Of a stretch of DNA of 64,000 bases, positions 26,193-36,988 are shown in pieces. Source of the stretch: Azolla caroliniana (lineage: Eukaryota; Plantae; Polypodiophyta); NCBI GenBank assembly GCA_043228905.1, contig JBHGNT010000006.1, forward strand, positions 12,834,001 through 12,898,000. Direction: 5' to 3'. The position numbers and the translations under genes are program-made. Position 1 is the first letter of the stretch. Each line of letters opens with the position of its first letter. The notes beneath the pieces are model-generated. The model was given only the letters and a program-made list of their open reading frames with translations, did no database searches and was not told the DNA's origin.

Positions 26193-26418
26193 TGATGCGA
26201 AAGATATATGTATTATATGACGGAAGATATACAACAGTAGTTAGAAGGCTTAAGACTGGCGTTGAACCGATTTGGTTCGAACTAATGCCTTGCGCCTCCT
26301 TTTATAGTGTCTTCAGGAATACTCCTGAAGTTTCTAGAATGTTCCAGAGAAATCTGGAATATACATCAATTTCCTAATAAAACCTAAATGAAAATAATAT
26401 CCTTCAAATTACAACTCA

Positions 26419-26471
26419 TAACCTAATGGTAAAGTCTCGACCCGTGTAACAAAAGGTTATGGGTTCGAGTC
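26419..26471 (+). promoter_or_regulatory. tRNA-like Pol III box A/box B module in Tcn1-like LTR U3 (also 31719-31771, 14388-14440, 57603-57656 on +; 60670-60723 on -)
   Basis: taacctaatgg-N33-gttcgagtc, with tRNA-like aaggttatgg immediately before box B. Confidence 0.7.
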
Positions 26472-26474
26472 TAG

Positions 26475-29400
26475 TTATGACACTATCCCCCCTTTAAAAC
26501 GACGAGTTTCACGAGTCGTTTTGGATTGAGGACCCGGTTTCTCGGGATATCGTCGATGGAAGTCTTCTAGAAGAGCACGAGCATTGGTCACATTCTCGAT
26601 CGGTTCCCAAGTACGCTCGCTGGGACTATATCCTAGCCAATCGACTAGATAGTAGAGCTTGTTGCGAACAATCTTGGAATCGCGGATGGCAGCGACCTCA
26701 TACTCAGGTCCATCTTCGAGCTCGATAGGAGGTGGAGGTTGTATAGTACGTCCTGGGATAGTGCTCTCGTGATAGGGTTCGAGGAGAGAACTATGAAACA
26801 CCGGGTGTATCCGAAGTTGCGGAGGTAGCTCGAGACGAAAAGCGACATCATTAATCTTCCCGATAATACGGAAAGGACCTAATCGTCGATAATCCAACTT
26901 CTCACATGGGCGAGTAGTCTTGATGTGTCGTCGTAGCAGCCACACCCGATCTCCAATGTTAAAACTGGATGGAAGTCGATGACGATCTGCGTAGTCCTTG
27001 TGTGATTGTTGAGCTTGCTGGAGTTGAGTAGATAAATCCGCTTGTATCTTGCGTAACCGCTCCAAACGATCCTCCGCGTAAGGATTTGTGGACACTTCTG
27101 GGGTTTCAAGGACACACCACCGGGGATGATATCCCGTATAAGCGTAGAATGGCGTGACTTTAGTCGATGCGTGGATAGCGTTATTATAGGCAAATTCGGC
27201 GAACGGAAGAATATCTGCCCAGTCATTCTGATGATAGTTGAGAAAGCACCGCAGATACTGCTCCAGTGTTTGATTTGTTCGTTCGGCTTGACCGTCGGTT
27301 TGTGGGTGGTAGCCGGAGGAGAGGTTACAAGTGACCTTCAGCATTTTAAAAAGGTGCTTCCAGAATTTTGACACAAACTGGGGTCCACGATCGCTGATGA
27401 TATTATCAGGGAGTCCATGATGCCGACATACTTCCCGCATGACAATTTCGGTGGTGTCTTCACTAGATATTTCTTTAGTACATGGTAAGAAATGAGCCAT
27501 CTTCGTATATCGATCCACCACTGTGAGAATCGCACTGAATCCCTTAGAGACTGGAAGATCTGTAATGAAGTCAAGAGCAATGGATTGCCATGGCTTGCTT
27601 GGAATTGGTAATGGTTCTAATAAACCATATGGATGATGTCTTGGCATTTTCGCTCTGCAGCATGTATCGCAAGTCCGAACAAAATCTTCGACAAATTGTC
27701 GCATACGGGGCCACCAGAATGATCGTTGTACTAAATCTAATGTTTTAGTACTACCAAAATGTCCTGCTGTATATGTGTCATGGCAGTTTTGTACTACTCG
27801 AAGGCGGCAAGAACCATTAGGAACATACAAAAGTTCTTTAAAGAAGAGTAATCCATCACAGTATTTGAATTGCCGATAATCCGTACCTGGTGATTGTGAT
27901 TGTGAACATGACGCTCGAGAGGGGTCAATTTGTGCTAGTATAGCTTGGGCGAAAGCGTCAGTCTTCAAGTCCTCACGTATAGTATTGGTAATGTCAGAAT
28001 CCACGGGCATGTCAAAGATCTGTGCTGCTTGCAGTCGTGCTGGACCCAAGATTACTTGCTTCTGGTTATCGAAAGCTGGCTCACCGGGACGTGGTGTTAG
28101 ATACGAACGCCGTGATAATGCATCTGCCTTCCCTTGGTGCTTCCCCGGACGATATGTAATTTTGAAGTCGAAGCGTGTGAGGAAATGGGCCCACCGAGCT
28201 TGACGTCGATTCAGTACACGAGCATCTTGAAAGTAGGCAAGGTTCTTGTGGTCACTGAATACAGTGACCTGATGAGGAGATCCCTCCAGGAAATGCCTCC
28301 ATTGCATAAAAGAATCAACTATTGCTAATAGCTCTTTATCATGAATTTCGTAGTTGATTTCGGCGGCGTCAAACTTACGGGAGTGGAAAGCCACAGGATG
28401 TAGCTTCTCGTCGTTACCCTGTTGTGACAGAATGCTCCCCAATGCGAAATCCGATGCATCAGCTTCGATAATGAATGGTTTTTCCGGATCCACATGACCT
28501 AAAATTGGAGCTGATGTAAACGCCTTCTTAAGACTCTCGAAAGCCATGTCCGTCTCTTTAGACCAAATGAATGATTGTCCCTTCCTGGTGAGCTGTGTGA
28601 GAGGCAGCACAATTTTTGAGTAATTTTGTATGAACTTCCGGTAGAAATTTGCAAAGCCTAGGAAGCATTGCACATCCCGCACCGAACGCGGAGTGTGCCA
28701 TTCTATCACCGTTTTGACCTTGGCTGGGTCCATAGATATGCCTTCTGAGGAGATGACATAGCCGAGAAACTCCACTTGGTTGCACCCGAAACTACATTTC
28801 TCTAACTTTGCATACAGACCATGTTCTCGAAGTCGTTTTAGTACTAATAGTACATGAGAATCATGTTCTTCTTGGGTCTTTGAATAAACCAGTAGATCAT
28901 CCAAATAGATGATCAAAAAATCATCCAAGAGGTCTCGAAATATATCATTCGCCATGTGCTGGAAGACTGCCGGCGCATTAGTGAGTCCGAACGGCATGAC
29001 CGTATACTCGAAGTGCCCATATCTGGTGCGAAACGCGGTCTTCCATTCATCTCCTGGTCGGATCCGTACGAGGTTATAGGCTCCTCGTAAGTCGATCTTC
29101 GTGAAGAACCTGGCACCGTTGATCCGTTCTAAAAGACTTGAGATAAGGGGAAGAGCATACCTATTTCTTACTGTGACCTTATTCAAGCCACGGTAATCTA
29201 CAACGAGTCGAAGCGAGCCATCTTTTTTCTTGACGAAGAAAATGGGTGCGCCGGCTGGAGATTTCGAATGCCGAATGAAACCGTTCTCCAAATTCTCCTC
29301 TATATAGGCTCGAAGGACTTCTAGCTCGGTTGGTGACAAATTGTAGATCGGCCCCCATGGCGGCTCTTTTCCCGGTTGTAAGTCGATGGCGCAGTCGTAC

Positions 29401-30071
29401 GGCCGATGATGAGGAAGTGTGTTGGCTTGTACTTTATCGAACACATCAGCATACTGACGATACTTCTCGGGAAGTTGAACGGTGGACTCCTCTTTGGTGG
29501 TGCTGGAGGGTTGTACTGATATTGCAAAGAGAAACATTTCCTCCTTGCGCCCTTCCTCACGCAACTGACGTAGCGAAATGGTTGCAACCTTCTGGGTAGA
29601 TCCTTGGGTTTGTCGCAACCGGATTTCCCTTGTCCTCCAATCTATGTCTGGGTCATGTAACTCGAACCATGGTAATCCTAAAACTATGGGATGTTCTGGA
29701 ATACTAATAATATTAAATGATACTACACATGTTAAGTTATCTAGGACAATATTAACGGGTTCCGACTCTTCTATGATATTACCAGAAGCAATGGGACGAC
29801 CATCAATGACTACTACTGAGGCTGGACATGGGAGCTTTCTTAGAGATATCTGATGAGCTCGGGCAAAATTCCTATCCATGAAGCAAGAATTAGCTCCGGA
29901 ATCTAGAAGGGCTAAGGTATGTACTGGAGGGGTTCTTTTAGTACTAACTGCTACTTGGACTACGAACACATCACTAACTTGCTTAGAGGGAATGGAACCA
30001 CTAATGGGCTGCACAGATCTAGGGCTGTCCAACCAAACGGCTCCTATTTTGGCTGGACTTAGTCGTTTAAC
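26475..30071 (-). CDS. pol: Pol (PR, RT, RH, INT, chromodomain), probably entered by -1 frameshift at 30071-30065
   Basis: Motifs LLDSGANSCF, IYLDDLL, EADASDFALG, HHCC, ISDRGPQF, GPF and chromodomain YLVDWLGYSPSERTWEP. The frame is open from the slippery site, and the tracked ORF starts at a TTG. Confidence 0.95.
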   Translation of the reverse strand, partial: VKRLSPAKIGAVWLDSPRSVQPISGSIPSKQVSDVFVVQVAVSTKRTPPVHTLALLDSGANSCFMDRNFARAHQISLRKLPCPASVVVIDGRPIASGNIIEESEPVNIVLDNLTCVVSFNIISIPEHPIVLGLPWFELHDPDIDWRTREIRLRQTQGSTQKVATISLRQLREEGRKEEMFLFAISVQPSSTTKEESTVQLPEKYRQYADVFDKVQANTLPHHRPYDCAIDLQPGKEPPWGPIYNLSPTELEVLRAYIEENLENGFIRHSKSPAGAPIFFVKKKDGSLRLVVDYRGLNKVTVRNRYALPLISSLLERINGARFFTKIDLRGAYNLVRIRPGDEWKTAFRTRYGHFEYTVMPFGLTNAPAVFQHMANDIFRDLLDDFLIIYLDDLLVYSKTQEEHDSHVLLVLKRLREHGLYAKLEKCSFGCNQVEFLGYVISSEGISMDPAKVKTVIEWHTPRSVRDVQCFLGFANFYRKFIQNYSKIVLPLTQLTRKGQSFIWSKETDMAFESLKKAFTSAPILGHVDPEKPFIIEADASDFALGSILSQQGNDEKLHPVAFHSRKFDAAEINYEIHDKELLAIVDSFMQWRHFLEGSPHQVTVFSDHKNLAYFQDARVLNRRQARWAHFLTRFDFKITYRPGKHQGKADALSRRSYLTPRPGEPAFDNQKQVILGPARLQAAQIFDMPVDSDITNTIREDLKTDAFAQAILAQIDPSRASCSQSQSPGTDYRQFKYCDGLLFFKELLYVPNGSCRLRVVQNCHDTYTAGHFGSTKTLDLVQRSFWWPRMRQFVEDFVRTCDTCCRAKMPRHHPYGLLEPLPIPSKPWQSIALDFITDLPVSKGFSAILTVVDRYTKMAHFLPCTKEISSEDTTEIVMREVCRHHGLPDNIISDRGPQFVSKFWKHLFKMLKVTCNLSSGYHPQTDGQAERTNQTLEQYLRCFLNYHQNDWADILPFAEFAYNNAIHASTKVTPFYAYTGYHPRWCVLETPEVSTNPYAEDRLERLRKIQADLSTQLQQAQQSHKDYADRHRLPSSFNIGDRVWLLRRHIKTTRPCEKLDYRRLGPFRIIGKINDVAFRLELPPQLRIHPVFHSSLLEPYHESTIPGRTIQPPPPIELEDGPEYEVAAIRDSKIVRNKLYYLVDWLGYSPSERTWEPIENVTNARALLEDFHRRYPEKPGPQSKTTRETRRFKGGIVS

Positions 30072-31228
30072 TCTTCTTCTAATTGGCTAAGGACATCAAA
30101 TTTGTTTGCGAGATTCGGACTATTAGTACTATTAGGACTATTATGACTATGAGGATTATCAGAGATTCCTACTGACATAGACTCGGGTTTAGTATAGTCA
30201 GAACTAACAATGACTTGGTTTACCTGCCTTCTTGGTCTATGGGGACAGTTTATCGCGATATGCCCTGGTCCACCGCAATAAAGGCATAATCGGTTTGTTC
30301 GGCGTCGTTGCTTTTCCTCCTCCGATAGCGGCCCACGACGACGTGTAGTGTCAATTTCCATTGGAGTTGGAGTACTTACTGGAGGCGCATTATGTGACTC
30401 CCTTTGAAAAGGTTTCGCTACCATTGAGGCATAGGTAGGCTCGGATCTTGCCCTCGGCATCTGAAATTGTCGTTCCGAACGTCGCTCAAAGAGGCGGTTG
30501 TCACATCTGACCGCTCGACTGATTGCTTCTGTTAATGATTTTGGCTCTTCAGGGAAAGTCAAGAGTAAATCCTTGACATCGTTGCGTAGACCATAGCGGA
30601 ACTGCTCCATCAATGCTTGATCATCCCAGGGGATATCGGCGGCGAGTAGGCGGAAATCTACAGCATATGCGGAGGCTGGACGGTCACCTTGGCGTAATCG
30701 CCGGATTTTGTTGATTGCAGTCCTTATGCTGTCAGTATCTCCAAAACATGCTTTAAACTCACTTATGAATTCTTCAAAATTATTTAGTACTGGAGATTCC
30801 TTTTCTAGTAGCGGTGCGAACCATGCTAATGCTGAGCCAGTTAACAACGTGCCTACTAAACCCACTCGTGATGCATCGGTGGGATATCGGGACGGATGCA
30901 TTTGAATAACTAACCGTACCTGGTTAAGAAACCCTCTAAACTGCGATCGCGTTCCATCGAACTTCGTGGGAAGGCCAATCTTGGGTTCTTTATGAATCCC
31001 TTGTGCTCCGTGCCCTTGTTGTTGCATTGCTACGATGGTTGCTTCGAGTTGTTGCACGCGTAACGCAAGTTCCCCATGCTGTTGTTGCGTTTGCTGCTTT
31101 TCTAAGGAAATTTGCTGAAGATCCCCCAACAAGCGTTGATTTTCTTGTTCCAAAGCATGAAACTTCTCTTTCAAGCATTGAAATTCCGAGAAAACGGATT
31201 GATACTCTTCAGCGCTAACGGTGGCCAT
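30059..31228 (-). CDS. gag: Gag (Ty3/PEG10-like capsid plus CCHC knuckle)
   Basis: 389 aa. Motifs PTKFDGTRSQFRGFLNQ, LRQGDRPASAYAVDF, PTPMEID and CLYCGGPGHIAINC. Confidence 0.95.
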   Translation of the reverse strand: MATVSAEEYQSVFSEFQCLKEKFHALEQENQRLLGDLQQISLEKQQTQQQHGELALRVQQLEATIVAMQQQGHGAQGIHKEPKIGLPTKFDGTRSQFRGFLNQVRLVIQMHPSRYPTDASRVGLVGTLLTGSALAWFAPLLEKESPVLNNFEEFISEFKACFGDTDSIRTAINKIRRLRQGDRPASAYAVDFRLLAADIPWDDQALMEQFRYGLRNDVKDLLLTFPEEPKSLTEAISRAVRCDNRLFERRSERQFQMPRARSEPTYASMVAKPFQRESHNAPPVSTPTPMEIDTTRRRGPLSEEEKQRRRTNRLCLYCGGPGHIAINCPHRPRRQVNQVIVSSDYTKPESMSVGISDNPHSHNSPNSTNSPNLANKFDVLSQLEEELND

Positions 31229-31452
31229 GGGATGAAGGAAAAGGGAAATAAGAGACTAGTAGGAAAGGAGAGAGACAGAAGGAAGAGGGAGACTAGTAGG
31301 AGGGAAAATCGGTTCAAACTGTCAGGAACTCTATTAAGGCAGAGAAGGAATTAGTACTAAAAGAAGGATTAGTACTATTGTTGGGGAATAGTACTAAGAC
31401 AGAGAAGGATTAGTACTATGAGAGGTGTCGAACTTTGAGAGAAGGAATGAGT

Positions 31453-31492
<40 letters not shown>

Positions 31493-31599
31493 TGATGCGA
31501 AAGATATATGTATTATATGACGGAAGATATACAACAGTAGTTAGAAGGCTTAAGACTGGCGTTGAACCGATTTGGTTCGAACTAATGCCTTGCGCCTCC

Positions 31600-31660
31600 T
31601 TTTATAGTGTCTTCAGGAATACTCCTGAAGTTTCTAGAATGTTCCAGAGAAATCTGGAAT
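31600..31660 (-). promoter_or_regulatory. TATA box plus phased heat-shock-element array in the 5' LTR of copy A (same at 26300-26360)
   Basis: TTCagGAAtacTCctGAAgtTTCtaGAAtgTTCcaGAgaaaTCtgGAA at 31612-31659 (10 phased pentamers, 7 perfect), next to TATAAAA on the - strand at 31606-31600. Confidence 0.8.
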
Positions 31661-34600
31661 ATACATCAATTTCCTAATAAAACCTAAATGAAAATAATAT
31701 CCTTCAAATTACAACTCATAACCTAATGGTAAAGTCTCGACCCGTGTAACAAAAGGTTATGGGTTCGAGTCTAGTTATGATAGCATCAACCTCAATGATA
31801 AGTTCAATAGAGACAAGAAGCCACTACTCTCGCAAATGTTGGGCAAGAGCCACTACTGAGCATCATGTGAAGATTGGAAATGTTCCAAACCTGGTGATGG
31901 CACTTATTGACCATGGTTCTAAAATAAATATAATGAGTGCTGATTTTTACAGGAAAGGTAGATGGCCAATTGATACTCAACATGGTTGGCGCGTAAAAGC
32001 AACCACATCTGTCACCAAAGATTTATTTGGTGCATGCCCAAATGTAAAGGTTACTATTGGTGATATAGAGGTAGATCAACATTTCTTTGTTCAGGAAGGA
32101 TCTACCTATCCGATAATCTTGGGGCAACCATACATCACAACGGTATGGATGGAGACCAAAGTCCTTGACAATGGTTCTGCCTATGCGAAGATTCGAAGCC
32201 AAGATGGACGAAGAACTGTACAGTTTATGACAGTTCACCCAAATCATGAGAGGAACAAACAAGAGCTTCATGATCATTCGATACCAAAAGAATGTGATGA
32301 TTTTGATAGTCACTTGTTTGACTAGGAGTGTTCCAAATGAGGGTTGCAATAGTCCCATTATTAAAAGACCCTCACCTAGTGCATTACAACATATGAATAA
32401 GTCATTTCATGTTTTTGAAAGTGGTGCTATATGTGTGACTAGGATGTATGAATTTAAGAGGAACTTGAAAAAGAATGCTAATTTGTTTCAACAGGCATTG
32501 AAGGATAATGGAGTACTTGAAATGGAAGAGAAAATTGAAAGTGTTATGGGAGAAATTTCTTTTGCAAATACTATAGAAGAGTTAGAAATGTATTTGAAAG
32601 AAGATGATGAGAGTGTTAGAAAGATACATGTAAACTCAATTGATATGTATTATGAGATTGATAGGTATAATTGTAAATATGAAGAAGTAGAAAGTTTATG
32701 TAATACAAAATACAAAACAATAGATAAAAAGGTCAAACCTGTTGCAGTACCATTACCCATTGGTAGTGAAGAGAAGATGAAGGCAGCAACAACCGAGCCT
32801 ATGCTTCAACCAATAGAGAAGATCAGACATCACTTCACTTCGTAAACAATAAATAACATGAGAATCGGAGGGGTAGAATTTCATTTGCAATCGGAGGTCG
32901 CAACTTTCAAAGAAATGATCTTTAGGCATGGGAAAGCATTCACATTCAAACTGAGGAGATTGGTTGTGTAGATCCAAAGGTGGTGACGCCAATGGTAATA
33001 TTTACTATCCCTCATATTCCTTGGAATTTTAAACCTATTACAGTACTGAGAGCTCGATTGCCTCAGTTGTTGGAGCTACTGAAGGATAAAGTTAAGATGA
33101 AGATTTTAGAGCCTTCCAACACACCATACTCCAACTGATGGTTCACAGTTCCAAAGAAAGATGGTTCTCTAAGATTCATTCAAGATCTACAACCAGCCAA
33201 CTAAGTCACAATCCAAAATGCAGGAATCGGGTTGATCGTTGATGAATTTGCAAAAGCTTTTGCTGGGAGGGCGATTTACTCTGTGGGAGACCTATATTCA
33301 GGATACGACCAATTTCAACTAGCTATTGATAGTCGCAATATCACAACAATGAGAACACCAATTGGGTTGGTTCGAATGTGTACTCTACCTCAAGGTGCGA
33401 CGAATTCAGTTGCTCATATGATGAATGTAATGAACAAAGTTCTACATGAATACATCCCAAAGGTAACTATGCCATTTTTAGATGATATTCCTATTAAAGG
33501 ATGCTTAGAAAGAGAAAAAGATGAGACTATGGTTGGAAATGGTTGTAGAAAGTTTGTGATGGATCACATTAATGATTGTGAAAGTATTTTAAATAAGCTT
33601 TCGCAGGTACATTTGACACTAAGTAATAAAGTCAAGCTTTAGGCATGACGAAGTTTTGATAGTTGGTCATATGTGTGGCTAGTATGGGAGGAAACCGTCA
33701 CCGATCAAAATTAACGCAATACAAAATATGAAGGAGGTTTGGGAATCGGTAACAGAGGTGAGAAATTTTTTAGGTGCATGTGTGTTTTACCATATTTGGT
33801 TACCAGACTTTGCACATGTATCAGATCCTCTTTACCAACTTTTAAGAAAAGGGAAGAAGTTTATTTGGACTGATGAACATACACAAGTTGTTCAACAATT
33901 GAAAGAAGCATTATTGAAAGCACCAGTTCTTCGTCAACCAGACTACAAAGGTGAAAGACCAATTATAGTGATAGTTGATACTAGCCCAATTGGGATCGGT
34001 TGGGTTATCAACCAAGAAGATGAAGAGCAACATTGATATGTTATCATATTTGGAGCAAAGATATTAAGTGAAAGACAAAGAAATTGTGCACAAGTTAAAC
34101 GAGAATTGTGGGCTTTGCTTACTGCATTAAAAACAAAAGGCATTCGTAATGACGTAACCATGTGATGGACCATGTGGGCCTACTATGAAAAGAGAGCTCA
34201 TTTGGCTTGACCATTAGGTTGCACTTCGGTGTATGCCATCGTAATTATGAGACTTGAGGTTGGTAACGTACCAACATAGTTTTGTAGTAAACGATGGGGA
34301 AATAAGGACTCTTGACATATATGTTTTCTTTTAAAAAACATATATGGGCAAACGCCTTTGCAAATCTCTTATACGCATAAAATATTAAACATTCACCACG
34401 AGCAACCTATTTGGTTAGATCAAGTGTTTAATGCATTTGTTCTCGAGGTCTCGAGTTCAAATATGACCAAGACCATCTTTTCGTAGTTTTATTGTTAACA
34501 TTTTTTCGTGTTTAAACTATTCATGATGCAAACATACATGGTTGAGCCTCGGGGAGCCACCATGAAAAAATCAATATAGAGATCAGGGAAAGACATTCAT

Positions 34601-36935
34601 TTGTCACCCCCATGGTTTTAAAACACCTTTGTGTTACCATAGTAACCTGATCTTGAACCTCATCTCATACGTCTAGAGGGGTATTGACGTGAGATCATGA
34701 TGTTGATTAATGTTTGACGATGATATGTTTACATCACGACATAATGTTATGACTATTTGTCTAACCTTATCCTATTTCTTTGCCAGAAATTATCATTCAA
34801 TGGCTCATAATAATGACCCGATTGCATCTGCACAAGGGGAATGAAATCAAGGAAATCCTCCTAGGCCAATCCCTATTGAGTCGTATTTTTTACAAATACA
34901 AAATTTCCTTAATTCAACCTTACATCAGATGACCAAACTTAGGGAATCTCATACTGCTCTCAAGGCACGTGTCATTAGTTTAGAACGTGACACTAATAGA
35001 CCCGATGAGTGTCAAGGTGAGCCATCATTTGTCGTAAAGCCATTTATTGGAGAAAAAAAGGAAAGAACCGAAGAAGCAATCTACACATGGTTGGGCCGAT
35101 GGGAGTCTCATTTTGAGCTCTATCCCAAGCCAAATAGTACGAAGATTGCATATATTGGTTGAGAACTAAGGGGGTAAGGCCACGACCTGGTGGCGTGGCG
35201 TGGGCTCCGCAGTATGGGGAAATTGCCTGATACGGGGAAATTGCCTGATACGGGGAAATTCTAAATGTTCTTTCCCTCACTATGTATTGGGACCCAATGA
35301 TTTACTTCGTGCAAATGGGTATATCAATGGATCTCCCATACAATTTCTATTTGATTCAGGAAGCTCACACAATTTTGTGAATGATCGTTCGGTTCAAATA
35401 TGGGGAATCCAACCCACCGTAAGTGATCACACCTAAAAGGTGGACTTGGATGATGGAAGAGTACAATACATCAACGGGGTGATTCATTCATTAGGAATTT
35501 CTATTGATACTTACATAGAGGAAGTAGAGTTCCATGTAATGAATCTTTGTACCACTGATGTAATACTGGGTTATCCCTGGTTTTTTAATAAAAACTCTTC
35601 TTTATCTATTGATTGGGTTCACCATTCCATTACCTTTGTACTGAACAATTGTACTCATTTTATTCAATGTGTAAATAAACAATCTCTTTCGATTGTTTCC
35701 TCTCCATCAATATCTGAGTTGTCTTGTTCTTCTTTATTTTATTATATACTTGATCCGAACATTCACATTATAATATCAATAATGTCTCGGATCAATTATC
35801 ATATTTTGAACAACAACTCGATGAAATCTTAAATTATTTTTGTGATGTTTTTCCGATTGAACTACCACATGGGTTACATCCTAAACGTAATATACACCAT
35901 TGTATAGATATTGTACTTGGTGTTGCACCAATAAGTATACCTCCTTATCGTTTAAGTCGATTTGAAGAGGATGAGGTATCTAAGCAACTCGAGGACTATT
36001 TATGAATGGGTTATATATGTTATAGTAAATCTCCATGGGGTGCTCATGTTCTCTTGGTAAAAAAGAAAGAGGGCACATGGCATATGTGTATTAATTACCG
36101 ACGCTTGAATAAAGTGACGATCAAGAATTCATATCCATTGCCCCGGGTTGACGATCTAATTGACCATCTGCAGGGAGCTCAATATTTTAAGAAACTTGAT
36201 CTTTGTACGAGCTACCATCAAATTCGTATAAGTGAGGAAGATGTTCCTAAAACGGCATTTCGTACACGTCATTGCCATTATGAGTTTTTGGTCATGCCTT
36301 TCGGTTTCACCAATGCTCTAGCCACATTTCAACAAGAAATGAATGACATTTTCCAAGAAAAACTCCGAAAATTTGTTGTTTTATTCTTCGATGATATTCT
36401 AGTTTATAGCCGTACATTAGAAGAACATGTTAAACATGTCCGCTTTGTTTCACAAACATTGTGTGGCAAACAGTTTTACATTCAAATATCTCAAAATGTG
36501 AGCTCTTCAAGAAATCAATTACTTATCTTGAACATCTCATAACCGAATGAGGAGTTGAAATTGATCCTTCTCGCATCAAGGAAGTCAAACTTTGACCCAC
36601 TCTTCGGAATATTCAACAAGTTTGATCATTCCTTGGTTATGTCGGGTTTTTGCAAAAATCTCTTCGTAATTACTCCCAATTGATGACATGGTTTACTGAT
36701 CTTCTCAAAGGTCAAACGCGTTGTCGTAGTGTAGGTTGCACACTATGTGGAAATTATATTTTTGTCCCTCTGGATAGAAAATGGAGTGCTCGGTGAGAAA
36801 CGGAAGAAAACGGCATACCGGCAAGGAGGAAAACGGCATACCGGCAAGGAAGAAAACGGCATACCGGCAAGGAAGAGCCGGATAAAGAGACATAAATGTA
36901 AAAAGAAAGGAAATACTCACTACTGCGCAGGGCGT

Positions 36936-36988
36936 GATTCGAACTCTGCACCTCCACGTTGACAAACCCCAACCTTACCATTACATTA
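36936..36988 (-). promoter_or_regulatory. tRNA-like Pol III box A/box B module in Phygy-like LTR U3 (also 43531-43583, 22499-22551, 23718-23770)
   Basis: On the - strand: taatgtaatgg-N33-gttcgaatc, followed about 30 nt later by T5 (36904-36900). Confidence 0.7.

Larger units (their letters stand above)
26016..31782 (-). mobile_element. Young intact Tcn1/Tf1-type chromovirus copy A (5' LTR 31320-31782, 3' LTR 26016-26482)
   Basis: TSD GCATC at 26011-26015 and 31783-31787. By eye the LTRs differ only by two GA units and one terminal base. PPT AAAGGGGGGATAG at 26495-26483. Both ORFs are open. Confidence 0.97.
22321..34138 (+). mobile_element. Old Phygy-like gypsy in tandem arrangement: partial LTR 22321-~22580, INT 3' end, LTR 23540-24310, PBS, gag-PR-RT-RH pseudogene (split by the 26016 insertion)
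   Basis: Both LTRs start tgtcRtgaRgtacgaaa. Peptides align with 37578-43219 (MLPYALWA, PQCMWCDSLEH, LIDHGS, PFLDDIP). Trp-type PBS tggtgagctcgacgtgaa at 24316-24333. Confidence 0.88.

Noticed and set aside
26416-26482. Functional tRNA genes in LTRs
   Set aside because: Anticodon and T stems do not pair properly and differ among copies. Only promoter boxes and spacing persist.
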